From positions 49,880,615 through 49,944,614 of the forward strand of contig NC_068998.1 in NCBI RefSeq assembly GCF_001194135.2: a stretch of DNA of 64,000 nucleotides. Direction: 5' to 3'. The notes beneath the pieces are model-generated. The model worked only from the letters and a program-made list of their open reading frames with translations. It was not told where the DNA came from and ran no database searches. Within the stretch, counting starts at the first letter, position 1. The number at the start of each line of letters is the position of its first letter. Position numbers and translations under genes: made by a program. Below, piece by piece: positions 15,398-28,103 of the stretch. This DNA is from Octopus bimaculoides (lineage: Eukaryota).

Positions 15398-18318
15398 CGC
15401 AGAGTTCGACTGTCCACCTCTTCTTTGCGGGGTCGATAACTTAAATACCTGTTGCGTACTGGGGTCGATATAATTGACTCGTTCCGTCCCCCAAAATTTC
15501 GGTCTTGAGTAAAAAAGATTATTTGGTCATTGTTTTTCTTAATTTTTTTTTTGTTTTTAATACAAATTCTTTACATTATGAAATTTGACATAAATATTCC
15601 CGATTATCAATGTCCATCCTCAATTACTCATGTCAGTTATATGAAACATATTTTAGCAATGAATATTTTCGAAGGGAACCAACTTGTATAGTCACTGACT
15701 ATATACCAACAACACATCAACTACTCTCATTCCGTCAAATTTGCGACGAAAATTCGGCAAGATATGTTAATGAAAATAGTCGAAACATAAATTTAGAATA
15801 TACGATCCCATATATTCTAGATTTACTAGGCATGCCATAATCGTTAATTAAATACTATCAAATTTTGAAGTTACTGATCAACAAGTATACGCACACAGAA
15901 AAAAACAATATCAAAATATGATAATCCGATACTTGTTATTAAACATCTACTTACACTTTCAACTGAAGAATTTATACCCGCGTTGCAAAGAAATGTTTCA
16001 TTTTATATGCCTTATTTCTGTGTAACCAATGAATTAAAGAAATAATTTAAGGAAAAAAGTATGCAATTTTTAAAACTTTAGGCGCTGCGGGTTCCAAAGT
16101 CTGTTTCATAGTAGCCAAGGACCAATGCAAATTTGCTCTGAAAAGTTATCCTGTTCAGAAGCCAGATATTCATCGCTGCAAGTATATATTCTTCTTTTAC
16201 TATCATTCGTGCTACCACCAATAACATTTGCAAATTTATCTCTCATAATCACTTGTTCGTAAAATATTACTGGCAGAGGAGCAATCTATGTTATGCGAGG
16301 TTGAAATATATTTAACAAAATGTATTCCATCCCCGATTCAGTAAATTTTACATCAATCTAACAACGCCCAAAATATTATCGGTTCTGTTCGTAGACCGAA
16401 AATGAATGATAATCTATTTATCTCATGACGTATTAATCCATAACGATTTCATCTGATTGATAAGAATACAAAAAAATTCTATCTTTGTCTCATATGTTCC
16501 TTTTCTTAAAAATCTTCTTTATGTAACCCTCTTTGTATTTCTAATTAGCATCATTTCCACTGCAGAAATATAAAAGTTGATATTCTCACAGATATGCAGC
16601 GACCACAACATTTTACCCATGCAAATACTTGTAATATTGCAGGGAGTTGAGCAGACAGAATAGTTAGCACGCTGATCAAAATGCTTAGCGGTATTTCATC
16701 CGTCTTTACGTTTTGCCTTGAAATACCGCCGTGATCAACTTCATCCTCCCTCAGTCGGGTCCCAATAAAATACGGAACCCACAAAAATTGTTCTTGACAT
16801 GTACCAAAATTTGAAATCAATATTTCAAATATTGTAAGGCGAGTTAGACAAATCTTAAGGAGCCCGGGCAAAATCCCTAGCGATATTTCGTCCGTCTTTA
16901 CGTTGTTAGCTTCACATTACGCCGAGTCCGACTTTGGTTTCCATATCTTCAGGGTTGATAAGATAACTGCCAATGGTGTACAAGGATGTTCTAAATCTGA
17001 AACAAATGTTTCGCTTATTCTTGACGCTTACATTCAGTACATAATATTCTGATATAATAAAAGTAACTATTATTTATGCTTATAATTAGTAACTCTTGAG
17101 AAACTTGCTATCTTTCAGACGACTATGGATGTATGAACTATGTTTTATTGATACAGATTATTTTTGCAGACACGTTATGCTCCTATACCGTAAAGAAGAA
17201 AATTGTCTTCGTAAGTGAAAGAATTTGTCCTATTATTAAAAGTGCTGTATCAACAAATGAAATTGAAATCAGAATTCCTTTTTAGTAGATTATGTGTTGA
17301 GATACTATGCTAGGAGTGTCGGTATTGTATTCAATTTCAAAAATTCACCTTAAACTAAATACTCCTTGAGTTGCTTCTCTACATCTGAAAGTATTAGTTA
17401 ATCAAACACGACTGTCCGTACACATCACATATTACTGTGCTAAAAGACATGTTTTTACCACGTGATTGATATTATGTAAGAAAAATGATTTGTTCTTCAC
17501 AGATGAGCAAACACCTACCAAACATTATGATGGCATGAGATAAAATTATTTTATAAATTTGTTTGCATTCCGGCAGTGTATATTCTTGCCCTTTTCAGCG
17601 CACATATATTTGTGTGAAAATATTCTACAAAAATAAATGGCGAAAAATCAGAGCCACTGCAGCATGATAACGGCTACTTTCACGTTACAGTCTACGCAAT
17701 ACGACAGAATTCATATTTTGCAAGTCTGATATTTAATACATTCAAATTAGAAAACAAAGATAAATTCCTTTTGCAATTCAGAAAATTTACTAGAAATAAA
17801 AAAAAATGGAAATCGACCTTCTTATTCTTGATTCTTAAGCTTAGAACAATATTACAGCTTTGTAACGTGGGCGTCAATATGATTTTGGTAACATATCATT
17901 GGAAATAGGTTCGCGACGAGTGCTACTTTACGATAGTTATAAAAACAAAAACCCCGTAAGCTGACCATCACTGAGTGTGAACGTTATTATTGCACTTCCT
18001 TCATCTCATTCTTAAACAGAAATGTAGTATATATGTATATATCTATATCAATGAACTGTCTAATGTAGATCTCTGGAGAATGGAAACTAGTTCACATTGT
18101 TGGTGGAGAACAATTTTCACACTGTATTCATTTTTCTAGAAAATGTAAAGGACGTTGGTGAAATGAATCCACTAATTGTAAATGAATAGCAAATTAACAT
18201 ATTTTTTGCCCTGAATACTACAGGGGCTGTGAGCTACATTGTATCATTGAACAGTATATCACTGGTTCTTCCTGTATCGATCATATTTGAAAGGAATCCG
18301 AAGATATGCAGCGTGTGA
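14781..18318 (+). CDS. G3: 6-Cys family protein, 107 aa, with extended C-terminus; join(14781..14817,16082..16181,17119..17210,18224..18318)
   Basis: Canonical splice sites: [107 protein letters not shown]. Signal exon identical to G2; AATAAA at 18345-18350. Confidence 0.87.
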
Positions 18319-18769
18319 AGCTAAGAAAATATAATAAGCCATGTAATAAAATTTTTCGCTACCTTGTATTATATAAACATTTACTTTCAGTATATTACAC
18401 TAGTAATTGTGTACACAGCTTCGAAATTTCATTATTACAACATTGCCCAGAAATAGTATATCTAACAGGCTTCAATACAACATTACTTAACATTTACAGG
18501 TGTTGAAATGATATATATATTTTCAATCCATTTTCAAATCATTTCCTTTTTAATATACCTTCAGTATTAAATGTTTAATGCATTAGTTATTTCTAATAAA
18601 AAGTTAACTTTTAGTTACCACATTTATAACATATATCGCCTTAGAAATAGTCATGTTGCATAGCTATACACTAGTGCCAATATTCATATACGTTTTGATA
18701 TCGGACCCAGAAATAGCTTTATGAAAGCAATTCATGTATCTTCTACGATTCGACCCGGATTTCGACAAC

Positions 18770-19260
18770 TTTGAAGGAACGGCAACATTTGAGTTCCATA
18801 TTCATCTTATGAGACAGATATAATTCAGTACGTGCGAGATCTGGAAAACTGTGAGGACGCAAGAGCGATACGATAATGTTTTTGAAATTCACAATTGAGG
18901 AGAGCGAAGTGACAGGATGCATGGTCGTCGTGCAAAATATAATACTCGATCTCCGCTGTCCAGCTCACTTTCGCCGAATGTCCTCCATCAAACATTTAAA
19001 AATGCCGTTGGTTGTTCTGCGACGACTGTCATATACAAGTTGATGAATTGTCTCCCCCTTCCTCCGGTGGTGACGAATGTTGTGAGTCGTCCAGATAACT
19101 TACCGTTTTGCCGATGGTGCTTATCCATTTTTGGAGTGCGCATATCACTCGAAACTTTTCAATACGGCTTCACTTTTCTTCACGTACATTTAATGGTGGT
19201 TTACAAGATTTTTGTCACAAGGAGAAAAGTGAAATTTATGTTATACGTTGAAGTAACTCT
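18770..19260 (-). mobile_element. mariner/Tc1 relic, internally deleted
   Basis: Similar to the copies at 6530-6960 and 50800-51600 (shared tcgcc.aatgt.ctc.atcaaac segment). Confidence 0.6.
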
Positions 19261-20473
19261 TTTATGAGAAACATATATAAAGCCGATTATCTTTCCAATT
19301 TTTTAAACCAGTTAAGATACACACACATACACGTACACAAACATACACTCAGATATACATTCATATACATATATAAAACTTATATATATATATATATATN
19401 NNNNNNNNNNNNNNNNNNNNNNNNNNNNNNNNNNNNNNNNNNNNNNNNNNNNNNNNNNNNNNNNNNNNNNNNNNNNNNNNNNNNNNNNNNNNNNNNNNNN
19501 NNNNNNNNNNNNNNNNNNNNNNNNNNNNNNNNNNNNNNNNNNNNNNNNNNNNNNNNNNNNNNNNNNNNTATATATATATATATATATTTAGGTATGTATT
19601 TATGTATATACGTACGCATAAATGTATGTATGCAGATGCATATGTAATATATACGTATTTACGATTTAACTGATATTCCAAAAAAGTAACGTAAGCTATC
19701 ATTTGATCTTAAAATTGTGGTTATATTTCCGAAAACCCTAAAGGAATTATTTCAAGTTGGCTAATGAAAACAGCATGGAAATTCAAGACAAATACTTTTT
19801 TTTTAAAGCTCTTCCTGATATCACATTTTCTATTATTTATTATGTGATATGTGCCGCCTATGTGGGATTTAGTTAATTTGCTTATTTAAATTTGTACTGG
19901 CGAAAAGGGTGGCTGTCATGAACTATATATGTTTTTTAAAGTATTTTGGTTATCCCAGCTTTTATCAATTTAAACAATGTCTGTGTTTTAATTCATTGTT
20001 CTGCAAATTATCGACAAATTTGATCTTACAAAACATTATATTAGTAAAAGTTAGAAGAGAATAGATCGAGATATATTTTACATAGAGAGGTAGGGCAAGC
20101 TGTCATCTTTCTTATGAGATATCCTACATGAACGCATATTCATCATTAATACTAGAACATAATGCAAAGCAATTTTTTCCCAACAGCAACCACAATATAT
20201 GTGATATATATTGCCTAAAATCAACTACACTCTAATTAACTTTAGCATCGACAAACTTGATAATTAAATATTAGCTTAAGTACAATGATAAAACTTAACA
20301 AATATTTCAAATCATCTGCACATATAAAGTATAATCTTGAACACAAAAAGCGACGATTTTCATGTAAATTTTTCACTATTATATTATAGTGCGATCGTGG
20401 GTGTATGGTACTGTATAAGGTACTGTTTACACAAAATTGTTATGGATTACCAAGCATATATATATACTAGCTC

Positions 20474-20522
<49 letters not shown>

Positions 20523-22499
20523 GTATATATGTGTGAGAGAGAGAGAGAGCGAGTGAGAATGTGTGTGTGTGTGGATGTGTGAGAGAGAGTGAGAGTCTGA
20601 TTGTAATCGACCGTTATTGATTAGGGCATACAGATGTATATTTAAATACATATTAGATATTAAAGTAATTGGGGCTTGGGACAAAAGGAGTCCAGTACAT
20701 AGTGGCTCATGCATGCAAAATAAAAATTCATAGACACTCATATCTACGCGCAGACATACATTTATATACATAAGCATATGCATGTACAAACACAAACTAT
20801 ATACAGACATATACGTATGGATATACAATCTCACATGTAGATAAACTGACATGCGTAAAATAAACATGTAAAATCAGTGAGTTTTAGAAGTGCATAGAGG
20901 AGAGGTATAGACTAAATATTTAGAAGGATTTCGTGATTTTATTACATGCACTGGATTTTAATTAAAAATGCAAGATTTACATATATAAATTCTGGATCAA
21001 ATATGTATTGTATTAAATTAATAGGGTTTCGTATTCTGTAGATAATTAATTCAGGAATTTAGATGTAAAAGATCAAAATAATTCTTAAATATATGTGATG
21101 TAATGAAATTTATCAAAAAGATATGTATGAACACTAAGACAAGGAGAGAATTTCTCAACACTCATTTATTAGTTTTCTTTTAGTAAAAATAAGAATTAGA
21201 TAGTATTCGGTTGTACGAAGATCACAGTATTTATCTGGGAGATGGATGGGTTTCATCGAACGTTCGGTAGACTTTCGAAGAGAAAGTTCTAACCACTGTT
21301 TCAACTGTGGCTTGGTATGATGATCTTTTTTCCTTTTGCAGTGATTATTAAATTTACACTATTCTTTAATTCTAATATCGCAAAACTTAGTAATGTTTCG
21401 AGAGGGGAGTTCATGTTGCTTTGGGCGAGTGTTCTCCCCTTGATTGTTAAATTGATTTGTTGTATGTTTAGCATAAAATGTACGTTTTTATGCATTTATG
21501 TATATGTGTGCATTTGTGCGTATGCGTGAGAGAGTATGTGTGAAAGAAAGAGAGTGAAGGCTGTGTTATCATGTAGACGTACATACATAATTACATATGC
21601 ATAGATCATTATATGAATGTATATATGTATGCGTGTGTATATGTACGAGAGAGTGATGCCTAAGTTGCACTCACTCTCACCCTTTCTGTTTTTTTCTCTC
21701 TCTCTGTGTCTCACAAACACACACGCACACACTTCCATTTCATACACATGTACATACATCTTTTAATTTCTCCTCTCTTTCGCTTTAAAAGAAAACTAAG
21801 TAAATAAATTTTTTACGGAAATTAACGAACAAAACCGAAAGTTCATTTTTGCATTTCCTCACGTTCAACCAAAATAATGCCAAAACATGCGATTCTAAAA
21901 ACAACATTCAGCAGCAAAAGGACAACCGCAGAGAATATCATAAAAATTATTAGAATTGGGAATCAAATGTGAAAATATCAAGTGGCTAGCGGTAAACCAC
22001 CCCGAGGGCGGTCTTTCAGCTAGTATATTATAACATAAAAGAATTGAAAATCAATACATATATGACGACGAGAAAACGCACAAACACGTACATATATATA
22101 TGCGATAAACTCTGCGATGGTAAAAAAAAAAAAAAATTTCATTGTAACAGATAATAGCGACGAGTTTATCACTATTTTGTCTTCCTTTGTAAATTTCTCA
22201 CAAATAAATTTTGAAGTCGTTTAATATAACAATAACAGAATAGTACAAAAGAGTATATAGTCTAAAAACGTCTCCGTTTTTCAAATGAAAGGCACGGAAG
22301 ATATGGAACCGAATATCGAAACACGCTGCATACATACATACATACATACATGCTGCTTGCATATATTGCATATATGGGTGCAGAACGTCTCTAACGGTGC
22401 AAATAGCATATTCGGCCTATTTTGCTTTATGATTTCAATAAAGGCAACAACGCAACGCAATGTGCGAGGAATATTTATACAGTGTATGGGGATATGACA

Positions 22500-23290
22500 A
22501 GAAGCGTACACCAGTGTCGAGGGTGGTCCCAGAAATTCCGAGCCGGAAACTACAGCCTAGAAGACGAGCATCGTCTTGGTATATTGGTAAAGATCAGTGA
22601 TGACATCCTGTAATACCTGATGGAACAAAATCCCGTCGTTAATCTTGAAAACCGAGCAGAGAAGCTTCGATTTGCTCTTTCAACCATCGATACCTTTATG
22701 CTCTCGGAAAATAAACAAATTTTGTCCATGGGTTCCTCATAAATTCTCCGAGCCTAATTGCGCGCAGAGAATGAATGTATGTCCTTCTTGGACAGAATAT
22801 TGACTAGTGAAAAGAAATGGGTTCTCTATCAAATGTCAAGTACCAAAACAGTGGGTAGAGATATGAGAAACACCGTCACCCTAGACTAAAGTGATTTTCA
22901 CCAACGTAAGGTGTTGTAATTTGTTTGGTGGGATATGAAATATTTAACTCTGAACTTTAAACCTAATCCAAACGAAAACAAAGATCTACTTCGAACAACT
23001 TGAGCGGCTTAAGTGAGTGCTAGAAAAAAACGACCATTTTTATCTTCCAGACGACCATCTTTGGTTTGAGAATAATGCTCGGCCACATACTACAACGATG
23101 GCATGACATTCGAACGATTGATACAGTTTGAATGGGAAAGGATGCTCCATACACCATATTTGCTGGACATTGCCCCATTTGATTATCATTTATTCCGCGA
23201 TCTCCAAAATAATTTGGACGAAAAATAAAACAAACATATATATATACTTTTTCCAGGGACGCCTTCGCATCGAAGATTGGTGATTGTCGT
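22500..23290 (+). mobile_element. mariner (Mos1-like) transposase pseudogene
   Basis: Frameshifted FRAGNYSLEDEHR (HTH), ILTSEKKWVLY, DNARPH and HTPYLLDIAPFDYHLFRDLQNNL motifs. Confidence 0.8.
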
Positions 23291-23538
23291 ACGCTCACGA
23301 AGGGTAAATACTCCGAAACTCGTGTCCGAGCGTATCATGTCAGATCAACGATGAGAAGGATGACTTCCCTTTGCAAATAACGACAGGGCATAGATGTGTG
23401 CCAATAGCCAGCTAGAAGAGACGTTCTCCTGGGGCTAAAAGCAACAGTAACATTCACCCTTAGGGTTTAGCCATATTTAAGTGGCAAATATACTTCACGT
23501 TGTCGTGCAGTTACTGTTTATATCTCGTTCAGAGATTT

Positions 23539-23608
<70 letters not shown>

Positions 23609-24137
23609 AAGTACATTACAAATCAGTGTGAATCTTCCTTCAAAGACCGCTTTCAATGTTAACCAGCCAAACTAGCGCATAATAGGAAAATACAATGAAT
23701 TAAGTTTTAGCTTCTCTCATTTTTGGTTTACTAAAATTCACTCAAAAGTACTTGGACGCTGCGAGTGTAACACAGAGGACATTAGCGCAATGTGCAATGA
23801 AGTGGGGCTGAACCCGGAAACATAGGATTTGGTCGCAAACTCTTTATCACTAACCAACCCTTAGGTAAACACAAACAAAACATACACAGACACCCATACA
23901 CCTATGCGCAATTTCATGCGTACGTGTTGATTAGCAACATTAAGTGTTGGCAATATAAACTGCCATTTTAAACATAATATATTACCATGCAATAAACAAC
24001 GAGAGAATATAAATTTTGTTTCCAATTTACCCTTAAGCAAACATCTGTTTCAGAGCTTTTAATTCTGCAAACAAAGCTGTACGTAGTAGAAACGGCAACA
24101 CCAAATATAGAGAGCTTGGGACAGTATCTTAAATACA

Positions 24138-24377
24138 ATGAAAAGTATTATAAGCCTACTGTTCATTATTTTTGGTAAGACGTTCTTTCAAAAACCGGTA
24201 CTCATAAGGCAACGGGTGACACGGCCAGGAACAAACAGACGCAAAGAAATGCATGAATGTACATATGTCTATATGTAACTATCTATCTGTCTGTCTGCCT
24301 GTCTGTTTGTCTGTCTGTCTGCATGTCTGTGTGTCTGTCTGTCTGTCTCTCTCTCTCTCTTTTTTTCTCTCTCTCTT

Positions 24378-24428
<51 letters not shown>

Positions 24429-27400
24429 NNNNNNNNNNTATATATGTATATATATATATACATAGATGCATACATGCAATACATATATGTCTATGTGTGT
24501 GAACGTGTGTGTGTGTGTATTTAACGTTGTCTGAGCATGCCATCATATATAGGTTCAGATTATTCGAATCAATTACTTTAAATTGTTGTTATTCTGTATT
24601 TTTTTCATCATTCCGATTTCGTATCAGAAGTGTTTCAATTTGTTCATTATTAGGTCATCGTCATTCTTAAAATTATCTCCGTTTTCAGTAGAATTTCTCT
24701 GCATTATGAAATTTAATATATAATGTCTCGTTTATCAACATTCTTCCTTATACTCACACGCCGGTTATATACAACATGCCTCAGGAAACAATATTTTCGA
24801 AGGAAAATACCTACAATACTCAATGATGATATGCTCAGACTACGTTACATACTCACGTTCTGCATACACTAACAAAGAAAGATTGGCAAGTTATCTTAAT
24901 GTAAAAAAGGAAACAACAAATATAGAAAAGAGCGATCGTAGAAATAAAGATCCCATCTATACTGGAGTTACTATAAGATGTAGAGGACATTTTGAAATAA
25001 CCTTTACGTGAAAGGAAGTAAAATGGCACTATATGATTTACAAGTATACGCACCAACAGAAAAAAAACTAAACATAATGTAATAATCCTGTATATGGAAG
25101 TAATCGTCTACTTATAGATTCAATTAAATAATTTATCTCTGATCGAAAATAATTGTTTCATTATATATTGACTTAATCCTGTATTCCCCCAAAGGGAGTA
25201 GTGAATAAATTGTGTAAAGCATATGTAATTGTTAAAATTGTAGGTGCTGTAGAATCCGAAATCTGTCTCAAGGTAGCCGAGAAACATTGTCAATACGCTC
25301 TGCATATTTATCCTGTAAAGTATCCAGATATGAATTACTGCAGGTATATATTCAGCTTTTACAACGATCGTTCACAGTACCGCCAATATAATTTGGAATT
25401 CTGCTCCACGAAATCAATTGTTCGTAGTGTATTACACACAGGAACAAACTATGATTCGATCAGAAATTTTTTATTTAAATCTCACGAGAGATATTCAGCA
25501 ACAGTACTTTGGAAAAAGGATTATTTGCCAACATAACATGGCATTCCTGGTTTAGGACGAATGTTACTGTAATTTAAGCCCAGGAGATATCGTCTCCAGC
25601 TGGCTATACGGCACGATCTGTGACTCACCTATTGTTTTGAGTCGAGTAGGGGTGCTAGATTCCCTTGTTCGAAAATATAAGGACATAAATCGTGTCGTAT
25701 AGCCAGCTGGAGACGATGCCACCTGGGGTTAAATTACAGCAACATTCGTCCTAAACCAAGACTGGCATGTCATGTTGGCAAATAATCTTTACTCCTATCT
25801 TATGATTGTTTTGAAATGTATTCCACCTCCGGTTCTGGAAATATTCCGTCAATCTTGCAACGCCTCAAACCAAATATTATCGCCTTTGACGATAGACCGA
25901 AAACGAAGGATAAATTACGAATTTCATTGTTTCAAACTCACTTTCCCATTGCGATTTCAACACCCATTCATCCATTGATGCGATACAAATAATTTCTATC
26001 ATAGACTAACATGTTTTCTTGGCCAACTGTTCTTTATGTAAAACTATTTGTATTTCTAATTAACATCATTTCCACCACAGAAATATAAAAGGGGATATTC
26101 TCAGAGAATGTTAATACTTCAGATATAGTATGATGGTGAACTAGCAGTATAGTTTGTACGCCGGTCCAAAAGCTTAGCGGCATTTCGTCCGTTTTTACTT
26201 TCTCAGTTTCATATTCTGCCGTATTTGATCTTCGCTTCCATCTTTCCAGGGTCGATAAAATATCTACCAGTGGTGAACAAGGACTATATTAATTTGAAAC
26301 CAATTTCTCGCATATTGTAAACCTTGACGCCAAGTATAATTTTCAATTCATACATACATACATATTCTGATTATAATAACAGAAACTATATTGATAATGT
26401 TTTATTATAATTACTAATACTTCAAACAAAAATTTGTTTTGCAGGCGTCTATGGATGTATGAAACTTGTTTTATTAATGTAGATAATCGTTGTAGAAAGG
26501 CTATGCGCGATATTCGTAAGGACAAATGCCCTGGTGAGTAAAGTAATTTGTCGTATTATTAAAGGTGTTATGTCAACAAAGTAAATTCAAATCACAATTT
26601 ACTTTTGCTGGACTCTATTTTGAGATAACAAGCCAGGGGCCTCGGCGTGGTACTCAATTTAAGCTATTGACTTCACTTTAACCCAATAAGTGCCAAATGT
26701 TTTATTCATATTTTTGGCGGTTGCCAGGTGTCTTACGAGTTAAAATAATATATAATATTTTAATTCATACGTAAATTATTTTGGAAATTTTGATAGTTCT
26801 TTCCAAAAGTTCCAAATAGGGATCGCTGAAAAATAACATATTTATCCAATCCTTTTCAATTGCAATAATAAACTCTGTGTGTGACTCTGTGTGAGTAACA
26901 TAATATAATATATAACATATAAGGAAACAAGCTGGCAGAATCGATAGCACACTGGACTAAATACCTGGTGACATTTTATCTGTAGCCACGTTGGGAGCTC
27001 AACGTTCCGCCGAGGTCGACTTTACATTTTACCGTTTCCTGGGTAGATGAAATAAGTAGCAGTTGAGCGCTTGTTTCAATCTAACGGACTTAGTCCCAAC
27101 CAAAACAATTGCTGTCATATCATTCTGCCAAAATTTGAAAAAATATAATAAAATCGAAGTTTATTTCATTTCTAAATTTATGTTCATCTTTTTGTGCTGA
27201 TTCATGGATAAAATAAGTGCCAACGTATTGCTGCAGTTCATTAACTCTATGAAAAGCTCTCTTCTGTAAGTGCGGTAGTTCACCAGATCACACGCAGTGC
27301 ACTGTGAAAGGAAAACTATCTCTGTATTACTGCTCGAGACCATTTCTCATACTGTATATAATTTTCTAGAAAATATGAAAGATATTCATGAAATAAATCC

Positions 27401-27543
27401 ATGAATTGTATATGAATTATTGGTTAACATATTTTTTTTTTGTCTTGAATTCTTCAGGAGATATGCCCGCTGATAACTCAGTGCCATGCATTGTAACATT
27501 AAACAGTATATTATTGGCTGTTCTCCAATGGGCCATATTTTAG
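24138..27543 (+). CDS. G4: putatively GPI-anchored 6-Cys protein, 103 aa; join(24138..24174,25244..25343,26445..26533,27458..27543)
   Basis: Canonical splice sites: MKSIISLLFIIFGAVESEICLKVAEKHCQYALHIYPVKYPDMNYCRRLWMYETCFINVDNRCRKAMRDIRKDKCPGDMPADNSVPCIVTLNSILLAVLQWAIF*. AATAAA at 27575-27580. Exon A lies within ORF 25201..25536. Confidence 0.88.
25513..25790. mobile_element. Palindromic MITE-like element / long inverted repeat (~100-bp arms) in G4 intron 2
   Basis: TGGTTTAGGACGAATGTTACTGTAATTTAAGCCCAGG...CGTCTCCAGCTGGCTATACGGCACGAT is mirrored by ATCGTGTCGTATAGCCAGCTGGAGACG...CCTGGGGTTAAATTACAGCAACATTCGTCCTAAACCA; pairing extends outward to GATTATTTGCCAACA/TGTTGGCAAATAATC. Confidence 0.75.
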
Positions 27544-27780
27544 TGGAATTCGAACATATGCACCGTGTGAAGCTAATAAATATAATAAATTTGTAACAAA
27601 CAATTTTGGTAGTTTTGCATTATGTTAAATCTTATCTTCTGTATAAAAATAACTTCTAAAATTATATTTTAATAAACATGTCAAGAAATATATCTATTTC
27701 GTGTCCATACTATATCACTTTACATTTACTGTCATTGCAATATGATATTTATTTGCAGTCTACTACTGTATATATATATA

Positions 27781-28103
27781 TGGTGGTGGTTGTCTACTCC
27801 TTAAACAGAGTTTGACCACCTCCTGCACCTACACCTTAGCCCTTTCATGGCGTCTGATGTGGCTTTTTAAACCAGAGGGTGTTTTGAAAATACACCCACA
27901 CAGATTGCACCTCTGATTTGCACTACCAATACCTGCAAGTAAGCTCTGCTCATTGTGGATCCTAACATGTCTTTTAAGACCCCCATTGGATTTGCAAACC
28001 CTCCGGCACACACCACATTCAAACGTGTGCACAGACATATAATCAGAATAGCTGGATGAGGTTTGTTTTCCATGGGTTCGCAGGTGAGATTTGAGGCCAG
28101 CCA
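27781..28103 (-). mobile_element. 3' end of an RTE-type LINE encoding C2H2-like zinc fingers; 5' part lies in the N gap
   Basis: GLKSHLRTH...CGVCRRVCKSNGGLKRHVRIH...CNLCGCIFKTPSGLKSHIRRH* followed within ~50 nt by a short 3' UTR ending in ACCACCACCA-(TA)n. A host C2H2 gene is not excluded. Confidence 0.6.
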
